Positions 36,628 to 46,914 of a stretch of 64,000 nucleotides of DNA are shown here, piece by piece. The notes beneath the pieces are model-generated. The model saw nothing but the letters and a program-made list of their open reading frames with translations. It was not told the origin of the DNA and did not search any database. This stretch comes from Magallana gigas. Taxonomy: Eukaryota. The stretch's first letter is position 1. Each line of letters starts with the position of its first letter. Location: the NCBI RefSeq assembly GCF_963853765.1, contig NC_088854.1:59024001-59088000 (forward strand). Reading direction: 5' to 3'. The translations under genes and the position numbers were made by a program.

Positions 36628-38121
36628 ATGAGTGAAGACGATTTGTTAGCCGACCTCAGTGCCATAGATGCCAGAAGGGAAAAGCTCCGAGCAGAAATTG
36701 AAAGATTACGATCAACTCCACAGTTTGCCAAACATTCGCCAATGCCAGACTCCGGAGTAGACATGGGCCACAAAAGCAATCGCAACCCTGACGACAGTTT
36801 TGAAATAAATTTTAAAACACCGAAGAACACGGGGTATGCACCTGGTCACTTTGAATACCCAAAGCCTGGGTACACATTGTACGAAGATGAGAAGGATCGT
36901 ACACTGCCAAAGGTTATAGATACTGAAAACAGGCTGTCGCGCTTAGGAACCATAAGCCAACCAGTGTTCACCGAGACATATTTGACACCAAACCCTTACC
37001 TAAGTACTCGGTGTGCGGTGTCATCATCAGATTCGTCTACGGTTACGTGGTCAAATAATTGGAATCCAGTGCAGGAATCCGTTTACCGATCGTTTCCTAC
37101 TATTACTACAACTAACAATATTTCGAATGAACGGTCTCAGGACTATGGTAAAACAGTGATGAAACCGGCAACATATGACGGCACTGCATCATGGATTGAT
37201 TACAAAGCGCATTTTGAGGCCTGTAGCGATATCAATTCATGGAACTCCCAGCAGAAAAGCTTGTATCTGGCAGCTTCTTTAAGACGACAGGCCAAGACCG
37301 TCCTCGGTAACATGAGATCAGGAGTGAATAGGACCTACGCAGAGTTATGCGAAGCTTTGGAATCGAGATTTGCACCCGCGAATCAAACTGAACTCTACCG
37401 GGCAATGCTCAGAGAGAAGCGCCAAAGACCAAATGAATCTTTACCAGAACTTGGTGAAAGTATTCGACGTCTAGCGCATCTGGCATATCCAACTGCTCCC
37501 AGAGAAGTTACAGAGATGATCGCCAAAGATCAGTTCATAGATGCTTTGACAGAGTTTGATATGCGTCTACGCATTCAGCAATCTCGACCAAAGTCACTCA
37601 ATGAAGCAATACGTTGTGCAGTGGAGATTGAGGCATTCTGTAGAGCAGAACGTCAAAGAAGAGAAAATGGTGGATATGTCAGGACCACGAGCAATAACCA
37701 AGTTACACCTGATGCACAAGATCCTACTGTTAGGGAGGAACTCAGGCAATTAAGAGATGAGATACAGGCGTCTCTTAAAGATTTAGAAAAGAAAATTGTT
37801 AATGTCTCGGTAAAAGAATCATCTGCTGCTGCAGATACGGGTAATATAGCCAAGGAAGGTAGATTTCCTTTTAAATGCCACCATTGTGGAAAGAAAGGCC
37901 ACATGATCAAAGATTGTTTTCTGAGAAACAATAAAGGTGGCACTAGAATGCAAAAACCAGAGGTAAAGGATTCATCCAGTGTCAAAGGGAATACAGATTC
38001 CAATAAGAGGAATGATTCGAGAGTGTCCAGTACAACGGCCATGAAAGTTGACCAAGACAGCCATGAATCTGGGTTGTTTGTCAAGGCAAAGGTAAATGGC
38101 ACTCAGTGTAATTTATTGTGA
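36628..38121 (+). CDS. gag: Gypsy Gag (497 aa) with capsid region and CCHC zinc knuckle, running into the protease N-terminus
   Basis: Uninterrupted ORF; KPATYDGTASWIDYKAHFE, LESRF, AKDQFIDAL, knuckle CHHCGKKGHMIKDC; ends VNGTQCNLL* immediately before DTGA. Confidence 0.92.
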   Translation: MSEDDLLADLSAIDARREKLRAEIERLRSTPQFAKHSPMPDSGVDMGHKSNRNPDDSFEINFKTPKNTGYAPGHFEYPKPGYTLYEDEKDRTLPKVIDTENRLSRLGTISQPVFTETYLTPNPYLSTRCAVSSSDSSTVTWSNNWNPVQESVYRSFPTITTTNNISNERSQDYGKTVMKPATYDGTASWIDYKAHFEACSDINSWNSQQKSLYLAASLRRQAKTVLGNMRSGVNRTYAELCEALESRFAPANQTELYRAMLREKRQRPNESLPELGESIRRLAHLAYPTAPREVTEMIAKDQFIDALTEFDMRLRIQQSRPKSLNEAIRCAVEIEAFCRAERQRRENGGYVRTTSNNQVTPDAQDPTVREELRQLRDEIQASLKDLEKKIVNVSVKESSAAADTGNIAKEGRFPFKCHHCGKKGHMIKDCFLRNNKGGTRMQKPEVKDSSSVKGNTDSNKRNDSRVSSTTAMKVDQDSHESGLFVKAKVNGTQCNLL

Positions 38122-39507
38122 GACACGGGAGCCACTCTGACTATTTTGTCAGATCAACTGTATGCAGAAATAGACAAAATCAGCAGAACTTCCCTTTTAC
38201 CGATATCACAGAGAATTGTAGGGGCTGATGGTGCGCCTCTTACGGTACAAGGAAAAGGAGTATTTGGCATTAAACTTGGTTCTCAAGAATTTGAGACTCA
38301 GGCAGTGATAGCAAACATAAAGGCAGATGGCATTATTGGATTAGATTTCTTACAAACGAATGAATGCCTGGTTGACGTATGCAAGACCAAGATGTATGTA
38401 CGTGGGATAGAACATGAATTAGAAATGCAAGGAAATATTGGCTGCTTTCGGGTGAGCCTATGTGAAACCATATCCATTCCTCCTAAAAGCGAAATGGTAT
38501 GCCCGGGTCAAGAGTTAGACCTACCGAAATTCCCACAGATACCGTTGTTAATTGAACCTTGTGCCAAGTTTCAGGACAGCGGAAGAGCATTGGTAGCTCG
38601 ATCTGTAGTCAATTCATCTGAGAAAATACCAGTTAGACTGATTAACGTGTCCGGCCAGTCCCAGACAATTTTTAAGAACACAGTCGTAGGAATGACATTC
38701 CCGGTAAAAGAAATCATTATGCCAGAAACAGAAGGCAGTGTTAATCACGTCATGCCTGGGGAACGAGAAGAGGTCCTTCGGGAGCATTTGCAAGAATTAT
38801 TCGATAGGACAAGACCTGAGCTATCAGCGGAGCAGACGGCACAGGTGAAAAACATCCGTATTAAGTTTAGCAGCATTTTCTCAAGGAATAAAGATGACTT
38901 TGGTAGAACCTCGTTGATAAAGCACCATATCAATACAGAAGGAGAAAAGCCAACCAAGCAACCTCCAAGAAAGTTACCACATCATGCCTTTGGTAGGAAG
39001 ATTGTGTTGGTGAAACATATGCAACGATTGCACCCTGGTCAGGACCATTGTATTACCCCACTGGAGTCCACTGAACCTGAGAAATCTCCAACAAGACGCG
39101 TGGAAGATGAAGAGGATTGGCAGGAGGATCCAGGAGAACTCTTGTTTGAGGAGGAGAAGGACAGAAAAGCCGGTAGAACGTACAGGAAGAAGACGTCTCC
39201 AGTTTTACCAGGGGTGAAAAGAAGAAACAAGGAGACATCAGAAACGGTGACCATAGACTTGCCTACTAATGAAGAGATAGAGATAGAGGAACCTAGCAAC
39301 AGTGCTTTGGTGGTACAGAAGGCGCCCTTGGATGACCAACACTGCTCATGCTGTTCTAAGAAGAGCAAGAAAGTTGACGCTGAAACACAGACTGATACAA
39401 ATCTCAAGGCAGGAAAGAGTCACCAGAAAATAATAAGAATCACCAGAAAATTTCAGAAAGATGGTGAGACAGTGGAGCGTTTCGAGGAAGATATCTGGAA
39501 TGACTGA
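38122..39507 (+). pseudogene. Truncated pol: aspartic protease (DTGA) and pre-RT linker fused in frame to an unrelated acidic/basic tail
   Basis: DTGATLTILS...IKADGIIGLDFL; linker to DFGRTSLIKHHINT..PTKQPPRKLPHH; no YxDD, RNase H or DDE motifs follow. Confidence 0.85.
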
Positions 39508-39795
39508 GATTTGTGATGTTCTTAATGAATGTGCTTTTTGCATGCAAATGATGTTTTGCTGAGAAGATTCTTTTGTTTTACCTAGTAACAGTTTGTTACT
39601 TTAACTCTGTAAATTCACATGTAGATGTTCTTTAAATTGTTTGATGGCTGTCAAGTTTCATGCATATGGTAACAATTAGTTACTGTGAACTATACTTTGA
39701 ACTATATCTCCTTATGTAAAATTAGAAGAAAAAAAAACATATTTGATTCTCATTGATTTAGCGTGCGGGACGCACGGTGTAAGAGGCGTGGGTAG

Positions 39796-40356
39796 TGAAA
39801 CGGAATAGGGGTAGTGACAAGCAGAGAAACACACCCATGAAGTTTAAGTAATAAAGCATACCCGTACACGTAATAGAGTACACCCATTGAAATGGAATGA
39901 CCTGGTCCCCCCTTGGAAGTAAACTCTCCCAAGGGTATATAAACAGACACATCTAGCAGATTAGGCAGAGTAGGTCTGAAACCCACAGCTCTCAGAAGAA
40001 CCCGCAAGACCTGGAAGGTAATAGAAACCTGATAGAAGTAATTTGTGAGGTTGTAAGTAGACAGACTAGGGGAAGGAGTACTCCTCAGCGGTGATTGGAA
40101 TTGGAATCTTAATTGGTTGTCGGGAGGTAGTAAGTCTATATGACTGAGGCGCCTGACTTCCTGTAATATTAAGAACCCTTTACCAAGGCACGCGGGGATA
40201 AGTATCCCAGTTAAACAATAATAAGTGATTTAAATACACCTCCAATCAATTGTAAATCAAGTTTAATCATTGTACTCAGGAATAGTAGAAGTAAAATTAA
40301 TATATTTATATCCCTTAAAAAGAACCCGATATTTTGTTTAGGTAAAACACGTTACA
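39796..40356 (+). repeat. 3' LTR (561 bp), preceded by a purine-rich tract at 39781-39795
   Basis: Near-identical to 35686-36248; AAGAGGCGTGGGTAG lies directly upstream. Confidence 0.96.
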
Positions 40357-41191
40357 ATACCATCTTTTATTTTTTATCAATTGTAATTTCTTTTATTTCA
40401 CTTTTTCAACCATATTATTACAAAGTATAGTTCAAGCCTTTAGAAGTCGGCACAACCTGAATGCTTCCATCGGAATTTAAAGCAACCGACCGTAACTTTC
40501 TCGACCACTATACTTGCGAGCAATCGAAACTAATATGGCGATCAAAAACATTTATGAACTCATGTCAGCTTTTTTCAACGACACATTACTTAGCAATCTA
40601 TATAAAAGTCAACCAATAAACCTGTCAAGTCATTATTATATTATATATATTTTTTTTCCCTTAAAAATACAAAGTTTAAAAAATACAAAGAAAAAGGAAA
40701 AACAGTTACAAGCGTTTATCTGCAATTATTCAATTTTTAAATAGCGAAACACAAATCATAAATTTTACCCTCAAAGCAGTAATTATTCAAGGTCAGTTTA
40801 TTTCAAATGTTTTTGCCTGGATCATAGACTTGAATTCTGAGAGACAGTTAACAAAATAAACAATATTGGACAGTTCTGATATACGCATGTACATTGTAAA
40901 TTGATAATAATGGAAAAGAAATTAAATTCATTTACTTTTCGGACGGAATGTCACATTTAAAATAATTTTCAAAAACATCACATTTTAACAATCGTATACA
41001 TTATAATTATATGTAAAAAAAATTGCACAAATTAAATAATAATAAATAGATATAAGTAGCACAATATCACACCTTGACATAAACTCAATGAATTCGTTCC
41101 CTTGCCGTTTGGGTACCATTCTATACCAAGTACTAAGTAATTCTGACAGTCGAAATGCTAATGTACGGACAGTGATACTTTCTTCATCTTT

Positions 41192-41395
41192 CAAGAGTTT
41201 GAATTGAGTCGTGACAAATTACATGTAGTATATATATATCAAAAGGGTTGTCTGGGTGTTCGGCTTGTCATCTGCCCACGTCGTGTCCAGAACGAGGCTG
41301 TTGCGTTAAATACTGTTACACATTTACCAATACAGTGTAGTTTCCTAGCTTTCTTAGTTCCGTTCCCTTGTTGCTTCCTGTACTTTCTGCAATAA
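41192..41395 (+). pseudogene. Probable degenerate relic of the trehalase terminal exon (copy 2)
   Basis: 32/36 match to trehalase 10830-10865 at ~41267-41302; the downstream frame ends in a hydrophobic ...FLVPFPCCFLYFLQ* resembling trehalase ...[10 protein letters not shown]. Confidence 0.55.
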
Positions 41396-41620
41396 AACAA
41401 TATTGAAATATTTCAATGATTGTTACGAAATGTTTTGGCTACCTTTATTGCACTGTACACTTGAAATCTTGTTATAGAAATACTAAAATGCAGGTGTTTT
41501 ATATGTATAAAAATCACACATGACAATTTTAGCGTTTTCGTTACAGGTTTTGATAATTCTTTATCAGTTCAAAGTGTAATACTTCTTATCAGATTAACAA
41601 GCTCCTAACTGATCGGAGAC

Positions 41621-42860
41621 ATGCTGTTGTTCGCAGGTATTTAAGCTTGTTTCAATTAAGTAAAATTTCGACAAGTTTCGTAACAGTTCTGTAGAAGTAC
41701 CGATAGAATCATTAGTATCAAATTCTCCAATTACAGCTCTCCTTCACCTGCTGGTGTGCGTATATTCATGGGTCAATGACTACGACCACCCTTTCACTTT
41801 CACTTGTCCTCAACACCAATCCATTCAGCGGGTAGTCAGTCACCATGACAACCACAAAGAGGACCGAGTGTTCGATTTTACGTGTAGTAACTATGAAGAT
41901 TCAAAATTTGATAGCTGCTATTGGACAGGTATATCCGTCAGTATCAGTTGTATATGTCAACAGTTTAATCTTTGATGGAACAGGCAGTAAGATTTTGATA
42001 GTTATGCTCTTTATTTAGAGTACGTGAATGACTTTGACCAACCTGTAATATTTCAATGTCCTCATGGAGGTGTGTTAAACGGGGTCAGCAGTTACCATGA
42101 CAACCACAGAGAGGATAGACGCTTCAGATTCTACTGCTGTGAAAGTCCAGGTTCTAGAACTTATAGATGGCAACAGCATTGAAAATTATTTGTTATTGTC
42201 AACGTTGAACGTTCTAAAAATGCCAATTTACAAGCCTAAAACTAACTCCTCGCTTCTTTCTGTGAAATGAACCTGCTGTAGTATATCTCTTAAATCTATA
42301 ATTATCCCTGAAGCAAGACCCTTTTTCTATTATTTCTTTTGATTTTTAAAACTCTAAATTGCATTCTGCCAGTTCGGTTGACATAAGAACTCAAAATTAT
42401 TTGATTAGCCTTGTTTGCATTAATGTTCAAAGAATCACTTTTTCAATATGTATTTGTTTTAAATATTTTCCCTTCACGTTAGGGAATTGTCTCTTCAATT
42501 GCTACTACTCTGGTCTGGTCAACCAATACGATGGAGACTTGGACTATACAGTACCAGACGGTCACGTGATGCGAGGCTGGACAAGCGTCCATGACAACCA
42601 TCACGAGTATGTATGTCCAGAATGAGGCTGTAATTGGTTTAACTGACATGAAGGCAGCCTACAGAAACTTTTGTATACATGTTTTGTAGGGACAGAGTAT
42701 TTGATTTTGATGTCTGTCGTATGCAGCAGTGCTTGGAGACGTAAGTTCAAGCTTAGAGTTATGCATTGATATACAGTAATATGGCCTTTTTTATGCATTA
42801 ATACACCACCTTTTGGGTTTTTACAGGGGAAATCCTGGAGAAACAGTCATTGGAAAATGA
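41621..42860 (+). CDS. Dermatopontin/HAAF-like protein, copy B2 (182 aa)
   Basis: Exons 41621-41636, 41737-41928, 42019-42150, 42483-42606, 42690-42740, 42827-42860; open frame ending GNPGETVIGK*. Confidence 0.93.
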
Positions 42861-43121
42861 TGCTTTGTGGAAATAAAATTCATTTGCTACATAGTCTTTT
42901 TATCCTTCTTATATCTAGTAGTCTTTGAGTGTGGGGTGTGTGTGTGGGGGGAGGGGGGGTCCTTATTTATGCTTTAAGATTACTCTGTTCTTGTTCCATT
43001 ACTGGGTTTATTCGGCCATATTTATGCCATAAGAACAAATGATTATTTCTTCTATTTGCCCTAAAGTTGTACACAGTATTTAAGAAAAAACACCTTATCG
43101 CCGTTATCAGTAGACACGACC

Positions 43122-45196
43122 ATGCTGGAAGTCGGAGGTAAGTCTCTCACTCATTGTGGACAGTGGCCATAATTTTAACACGTGTAAATCCATCGCCTCT
43201 TTATACAGTTGTCGTCGCTTTATCCCTGTTCCTTGGGGTGGAGTCCTGGGTCAATGACTATGACAAACCTTTCACATTCACGTGCCCCTCACATCAGTCA
43301 ATCAACCGGGTGGTAAGTCACCATGACAACGGGGCAGAGGATCGCAAGTTCGACTTCCAGTGCACTAAGTACACTGAAGGAACGGAAAGTTGTTTCTGGT
43401 CAGGTATGCTTCGTTACACGAAAATGGCGGCAATTTAATCAAATTCGAAAATACCGGTATTTATAGACAGTAACATTCATCTCATCCCTAATGGTAAACA
43501 GACATAAGGTATTTGATGTATAAAGACCACATTTTGTACACCTAACCATGATATCATTTTGAAGGTGTTATTAACTTAAAATGCTTCACCAAAGGGATTA
43601 TGAAAATTTTGATTACTGTCAAATTAAATGAACTTTACATTGAAGACTATATGAAGCAAATGTATTAAGGTGCCTCACTACTTCAACACTTATATATTTT
43701 TAAAGACACTACGTCATAAGATGGCGATTCAAATGTTTTGTTAAACTGTTTGAACCATTCCAATTGGTTGTCAATCATCATAGCTCAGTCATTTAAGTAT
43801 CGGTCTAATGAACTGCAGATCATGATTTCGAATCCACCTCGGGCTTTTGTTTATATTTATTGCATTGCATTGCAAAATTTTTATCCAAACTTGCATATTT
43901 TTCACCAATTTGACTTATATACTCATGCTATCTTACATAATCAATAATTTTTTGCTGGTTTCAGCAACTTTTTCCAGGTGTAGTTAACCACTTTAAGATA
44001 TTGTAAAAAGTTATTTGAAATCCATACAAATCTCTTGATGAATATATGCATAAACTTTCTTTTTCATCAAAATATGAACTAAAATGAACCATTTATCTAC
44101 AGATATCTTTACAAAATTAAAATTTTTCTTTTTATCTTCAAAGAAATATACATGTAACTCTTCAAAAGGTTTAAGATGCAAAATGGCGGTTTCTTCAAAA
44201 TTGTCAGACATGTGAATTTTGTTCATTTCATTTTCATTGTTATCTAGTTTATTAACTAAATAACTTTAACATAATTCAAAAATGTTCATTATCCGTTCAT
44301 TATATATTGAATACCTTTTAAAAGCTATAGGTTCAATCTGTGTGAATTGTAACTTATTCGAATTTGTGAATTTTTTTTTTTGTAGCGTACGCGAATAATT
44401 TTGACCAACCAGTCGCTTTCCAGTGCCCGAATGGTGGCGTTATGGATGGCGTCAGTAGTTACCATGACAACGGAGCAGAGGACAGACGTTTCCGTTTTTA
44501 CTGTTGTGAAAAACCAGGTTTTAATCAGAAACAATCAACAACAATCTAATTTCCAACAGTAAATTTATTATGTAATTGACTGTTTATGTCGTTCACATTA
44601 CAGGAATGTGTCTGTACAACTGCTTCTACAGTGGTTGGGTCAATAGTTACGACGGAGATTTGGACTACACAGTACCAGCTGGTCACGTTATGAGGGGCAT
44701 GATCAGTATCCATGACAACGGGGCCGAGTATGTTCTTTAGCAAATTACTGATAAGGAGTAAATAGAATTGTGGTTAATGCCTGTATAAGTTACAAATGAT
44801 TTTCTTTCCAGGGACAGGATTTTTGATTTTGAGGTCTGTCTTATGCAGCAATGCTCGGACTCGTAAGTATATTTCATTGATCGTAACATTGTCGTCTAAA
44901 ATAGGAGTTCAAGCTGATAACAATAAAGATAACTGGTCATTCTTCTTACCCTATCCTTCGTAACTCTTAGGTTTTTACGTAAAAAAAAATTGTAAAAACA
45001 CGGGATTCGAACCTGATCACACGTCTTTAGAGAGCTCTGATGCCGTATGGCTCGCCTGTGGACGACATGAACGCCGGTATATGGATACCATTACCGTCAA
45101 TTATTGCCTAATCCAGTATTCAATTTTTGTTTCAGGAATCCAGGTGGGGGTACGATCGGGAAAAGATCAGCAAACAACACGAGTGGACGTCATTGA
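43122..45196 (+). CDS. Dermatopontin/HAAF-like protein, copy C2 (192 aa)
   Basis: Exons 43122-43137, 43209-43403, 44386-44517, 44604-44727, 44812-44862, 45136-45196; ends NPGGGTIGKRSANNTSGRH*. Confidence 0.93.
43778..43850 (+). mobile_element. tRNA-derived SINE-head-like remnant in C2 intron 2
   Basis: A-box-like TAGCTCAGTC (43781) and B-box-like TTCGAATCC (43827); C1 keeps only the A-box half (~21001-21042). Confidence 0.4.
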
Positions 45197-45535
45197 TTGT
45201 CTAAAATCTACTTTATTTTGGTTTTATGTATGTCTGGTTTAGTAATATAAACGTATACCAATGCACTCAAGTTAATTTTTTTTATCCATCGTCATCTTCA
45301 CTAGCCAAGGGAGAAAAGCGGTTCGTAACACTTCGCTAGCGAAGATGATCCTTCGTGTGAACAATAAATGTTAAGATTACTTCAGAGGGTCGTGTATATT
45401 TTCATTCTTTAAAATAAAACCACTTTTAAAATATTAAATATTAAGATGGCTGGGTCGTCCAGGCCCTTTGAGACTATATTGATCTCCTGTAGAAGTAGAG
45501 CCATGTACATGTATAACGAAATGGACAACTATCAA

Positions 45536-45660
45536 ATAGTGAAATTCCACCGAGAGGACAAGATTCACGGTCTAAGACGAGGCTCTGCCGAGTCCTAGAC
45601 TGTAAATCTTGGCCCCAAGGTGGAATTTCACCATCCTACACTCGTCATAATGAATGATTA
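45536..45660. mobile_element. Foldback MITE, left end deleted (paralogue of 29210-29292)
   Basis: GTGAAATTCCACC...CAAGATT...GTCTA pairs with TAGACTGTAAATCTTG...GGTGGAATTTCAC. Confidence 0.6.
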
Positions 45661-46102
45661 TTTTTCTCGCATTATTTTACTTTAAAAAAGATGTCTGACA
45701 ACTTTCTGTTATGACGTTCACAAGATTACTCTCAGTTTATCTCTCCGCGTGCTTCAAATAGTGCTAGTCAAAATGAGAGCATACACCAGTTTTTAAAATA
45801 AAAATATGGTAAATTTTGATTTATTAAGCAAAACAATTACTTAGTGGATAATATCAATCCATCAATTTCCATCTCCCTACATCAGACAATGTTTGTATAC
45901 GTTCTAAATCGGCGTAGTAATAAACAGTGTAAGACAGAAAAATCTCACACTGCTGTCTCACACTGGACAAACCAATTTCACACCGGCGAGAATAAAGTAT
46001 ATTGTAATTAGAATACTTTTATCTGTTTAGAAATTTCAAACTTATACAATTTTTAGCCAAAAATATAGCTTTTAAAAATATTTGGAGAGGTAAAAATCGT
46101 AA

Positions 46103-46175
46103 AACCCCCAGCGGGATTCGAACTCATGACTTACAGAGTCGTAGTAAACCCTCAAATCCACTGCGCTACGCTGTT
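46103..46175 (-). mobile_element. tRNA-like (Pol III A/B-box) segment inside the right arm of a TTAA-terminated element
   Basis: The minus strand reads TAGCGCAGTGG...GAGTTCGAATCCCGCTGGGG; no proper acceptor stem; the host element end GGTGTCCCATACCACC-TTAA is at 46274-46293. Confidence 0.5.
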
Positions 46176-46914
46176 TTAAAAAAATATATGTGACAATGTT
46201 GGGAAAGAAACTACTCATATAATTATACCTCATTTCATTGTTTGTTTTGATAAACAATACGTCACAAAATAGAGGTGTCCCATACCACCTTAAAGGGGCA
46301 TGGTCACGATTTTGGTCAAAAAATATTTTTCTGGTTTTTATGTTTACAATGCTTATGTTTTAAAGTCATTTTTAATTAGCAACCATAATTTGAGTGTCAT
46401 GTGTTGAGTTAAAAGCGAGTCACAGAGCTAACAATTCTTTACTATGTAAACCAAAAACAGAAGTGAATTATTTAAAAGTGTACATGTTCGAGTTTAATGA
46501 TGTTTTAATATAAAAGAGAAAATGAATAATACATAAGGGCATTACAGTATGGTGAATTACAAGCACACACTGCCTGTTACTCGCAGAAATTGAAAGCATA
46601 ACACCAGAGAAATACAGGAAGTACCGGTATAACTTAATAAAATCATATATACTAAAGGCACACATCTTTTGTAACGTATTAATTTATGACCATATCTGAC
46701 TTGTAGAATACTTTAGACACGTGACCCCTGAACCATATTATACGCATTTAAAATGAACGAATCATTCGCCCAGACACCTGATTCTCTGGTAACACTGTCG
46801 CTCTGATTAGCGTTTTAGAATTTGGAAAACTTTCTATTGACATTGAAGACCGATACTAGTATCACAAAGAATGGTTATCTTGGAAGTTATGCAATCTTCT
46901 TATAAGGCGGAATA

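Larger units (their letters stand above)
35686..40356 (+). mobile_element. Ty3/Gypsy LTR retrotransposon, internally deleted (no RT, RNase H or integrase core), recent insertion
   Basis: TG...CA termini; 4-bp TSD ATAC (35682-35685, 40357-40360) with the empty site at ~49341-49350; two LTRs, PBS, PPT, gag and protease. Confidence 0.96.
17703..41068 (+). repeat. Segmental tandem duplication, copy 1 (B1-C1-D1), expanded by insertions
   Basis: Starts ACACCTTGACATAAACTCAATG (also at 41069) and ends ...ATAAATAGATATAAGTAGCACAATAT (compare ...AAGTATCACAGTAT at ~50054); introns and intergenic DNA are colinear with copy 2. Confidence 0.92.

Noticed and set aside
38119-38121. TGA as selenocysteine
   Set aside because: The position is a hydrophobic Val/Ile site in retropepsins and I saw no SECIS-like element.
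35558-40007. Paired minus-strand ORFs MRVLLRAVG... at 35558-35899 and 39750-40007
   Set aside because: Chance frames within the two LTR copies; no recognisable motifs.
46103-46175. Functional tRNA gene
   Set aside because: A and B boxes are present but acceptor and anticodon stems do not pair; it lies inside a transposon arm.
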